Positions 8,701-10,358 of a stretch of DNA of 10,358 nucleotides are shown piece by piece. The stretch spans positions 4,799-15,156 of the forward strand of contig JBNKNM010000129.1 of NCBI GenBank assembly GCA_050293845.1. Direction: 5' to 3'. The notes under the pieces are model-generated. The model made no database searches and was not told the DNA's origin. It saw nothing but the letters and a program-made list of their open reading frames with translations. Origin of the DNA: Pseudobacteriovorax sp. (GTDB lineage: Bacteria > Bdellovibrionota_B > Oligoflexia > Oligoflexales > Oligoflexaceae). Position 1 is the first letter of the stretch; every line of letters begins with the position of its first letter. The position numbers and the translations under genes are program-made.

Positions 8701-10037
8701 TTATAGGAGCCTTAGTTGGTTCATACTTTGGTGGAGTTGCGGCAAATGGTGGCAACTATAATCCAGCAGAGTGGGACTGGAAGTCAGGTAAAACTTGGGC
8801 CGGTCTAATCGTGGGCGGATTAATCGGTGGAGCGAGCGCAGGAGTAGGTGCGGCTCTAACAAGTTCGGGGGCTGGTCTAGGTACCGTCGTAGCAGCCGAA
8901 GCTGGGATGGGTTTCGCTGATGGTATCATCATGGGAGCGATTGAAGGGCAAGAAGGTACGGACCTGTTAATGAATGGCCTTATAGGGGCTGCCATGGGAG
9001 GGGTGGCCGGAGGACTATTTGAGGGGGCCGGTCGCTTGTTCTCAAGATTTAAAGGCTCTGGCAAGTCGGTTGGGAGTAAGATTTCGAAAGGTTGCCCAAC
9101 CAGTTTTGAAGAGGGAACTTTATTAGCCTCTCAAGACGGCCAGAAGGAAATTCAAGATCTTGAAATCGGCGACCAAGTTTGGTCATTTAATGAAAATTCA
9201 GGAAGCTTTGAATTAAAGGAAGTGACCCAACTATTTACCAGAATTGCTAATGATCGTATGGAACTAGTGGTTGATGATGAAACCATTTCCACAACAGCCA
9301 ACCATCCATTCTACGTCGAACGATTGCATGTGGATCTAGAACAGGGAACGATGTCCGTAACTCGGGTTTGGATTGAAGCAAAAGACCTTAAGATTGGCGA
9401 TCAGATTCTGACAAAAGATAGTAAGCTTGCTACCGTTAACGACAAGAAAATTATTACCGAAGAAGGTCGAGTTTACAACCTTGAAGTCGAGGGGAATCAG
9501 AATTATTTTGTGGGTACGGATGAGGTGTTGGTCCATAATTGTGATAGATTTCCAGATGATGTCGTAAAAATTATAGAAGCAGGTACTACTCTTTACCATT
9601 ATACTGATCAAAAAGGTGCAGAAGCGATTTCTACGTCACAAATGATTCTCCCATCTAAAGGAAAAGGAAGAGCCCATCACGGCGATGGCGTTTACTTTAC
9701 CAAACTAGAACCTGGAACGGGAGAAAAAGAGTTATTTAAACATCTATTCACAACCACAGGGAAACTTACAAAATTTCAGAAATATTTTTACCGCAAACGC
9801 CTCACTCACTATGTAAAGGTAAAAGTAAAACATAATGTACAAGTTGAAGAGCACTCCAATTTGAAATTTGGAAAAAATAAGAAAGAGCGGACTAATGCGC
9901 CAATGCGGGCTAATATATATGTGGTTCAAACACGAGATTCAATGCATAGGAATTTTTTTGATGAATGGGAAATCAAAGGGGATGTTCCGGACCTTCCACA
10001 TTATTGGAATGCAGCAATCGAAAATTTACATTTTTGA
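2736..10037 (+). CDS. Secreted Rhs polymorphic toxin, 2433 aa (SpvB/TcB-like, FG-GAP repeats, YD/RHS, Hint, Tox-ART-HYD1-like ADP-ribosyltransferase)
   Basis: Uninterrupted ORF with GAGG upstream (2720-2723). Contains a signal peptide, YTIPI..P....[9 protein letters not shown]..G...LGKGWSL, 7x DFNGDG, RGWLGF, many YDxxGR repeats, the RHS core [26 protein letters not shown], DPDG, Hint blocks and LYHYT...GDGVYFT. Confidence 0.96.
   Translation: [2433 protein letters not shown]
3693..4988 (+). repeat. Seven FG-GAP/VCBS-like repeats of ~61 aa (predicted beta-propeller)
   Basis: DFNGDGxxD starts at nt 3783, 3969, 4155, 4341, 4521, 4704 and 4905 (spacing 62, 62, 62, 60, 61, 67 aa), linked by recurring TGxGF...LPG segments. 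Confidence 0.92.
8367..8678 (+). other. RHS repeat-associated core (aspartic autoprotease) ending in PxxxxDPDGE
   Basis: YEPFG, [44 protein letters not shown] (DPDG at 8664-8675). Confidence 0.93.
9102..9539 (+). other. Polymorphic-toxin-type Hint (bacterial intein-like) domain, 146 aa
   Basis: Block A SFEEGTLL...[12 protein letters not shown]; block B [18 protein letters not shown]; block F [14 protein letters not shown]; terminal VHN|C. Confidence 0.93.
9540..10034 (+). other. C-terminal toxin domain, Tox-ART-HYD1-like ADP-ribosyltransferase (165 aa)
   Basis: LYHYT..KG..AI..S..I.PS......[9 protein letters not shown].P, then THYV and R.NIYV, matching my recollection of the HYD1 ART family pattern. 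Confidence 0.8.
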
Positions 10038-10091
10038 TTGTTTTTCATAGCTAATTATTTTTGGTAGTTTTTCTGAGGTGTTGTGCTTTAT

Positions 10092-10119
10092 TTGATGACG
10101 ATTTTTTAGATGTTATAAT
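10092..10119 (+). promoter_or_regulatory. Putative sigma70 promoter (extended -10) for the IS91-family transposase
   Basis: TTGATG (10092-10097), 16-bp spacer, and TGtTATAAT (10111-10119) with a perfect -10 and TG extension. Confidence 0.6.
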
Positions 10120-10125
10120 GATAGT

Positions 10126-10358
10126 ATGAATAAGAGCCGCACACATGAAAACAGTAATAAATTCACAGAAATCATTGCCGATAATTGGGAAAGATTTAAA
10201 GCCGAGTATCCTTCTTTTGACAACCATCATGTAAATAAGCAAGTCGATAAGACATTAAAATGTGCCGATCCTCAGTACGGGTTCAAGCAGTACATGTGTC
10301 TTAGCTGCGGTCAGGAAAGCAAAGTAGTTGCTCACTCGTGTAAATCCAAGTTTTGTCT
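10126..10358 (+). CDS. IS91-family (rolling-circle) transposase, N-terminal zinc-binding domain (runs off window; not in ORF track)
   Basis: MNKSRTHENSNKFTEIIADNWERFK...KCADPQYGFKQYMCLSCGQESKVVAHSCKSKFC matches the IS91 zinc-binding pattern C.DP..GF..Y.C..CG....V..SCKSRFC. Confidence 0.88.
   Translation, partial: MNKSRTHENSNKFTEIIADNWERFKAEYPSFDNHHVNKQVDKTLKCADPQYGFKQYMCLSCGQESKVVAHSCKSKFC

Noticed and set aside
8700..10037. GC shift from the Gly-rich segment to the AT-rich toxin tip as evidence of a recent tip swap
   Set aside because: Largely explained by amino-acid composition (Gly/Ala versus Lys/Phe/Asn); a GC3 analysis would be needed.
3909..10050. Short ORFs nested in or overlapping the toxin gene (e.g. 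3909-4235, 5857-6117, 8756-9064, 9868-10050)
   Set aside because: Expected shadows of a long coding frame; the Pro/Ala richness of 8756-9064 simply mirrors Gly/Ala codons on the other strand.
10051..10242. 63-aa minus-strand ORF as a candidate immunity protein
   Set aside because: It is convergent with the toxin, lies antisense to the clear IS91 transposase frame, and has no recognisable motif.

Overview
An AT-rich bacterial accessory region dominated by one 7.3-kb gene (2736-10037, +) for a secreted Rhs polymorphic toxin. Its domains, in order: Sec signal peptide; SpvB/TcB-like N-terminus; seven FG-GAP/VCBS repeats, five with a CX5C loop; TcdB-midN-like region; YD/RHS shell; a two-helix hydrophobic insertion; RHS core with a DPDG cleavage motif; Gly-rich hydrophobic segment; Hint domain; C-terminal Tox-ART-HYD1-like ADP-ribosyltransferase. 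No immunity gene follows; an IS91-family transposase starts 88 bp after the stop. Upstream and divergent is a Nu1-like phage terminase small-subunit gene, preceded by a lambda cosQ/cosN-like sequence and a ~97-bp dyad. That gene is cut by an IS4-family element with perfect 21-bp IRs and a frameshifted transposase, which abuts the right end of an IS6-family element. All assignments come from manual motif recognition; no database search was run.
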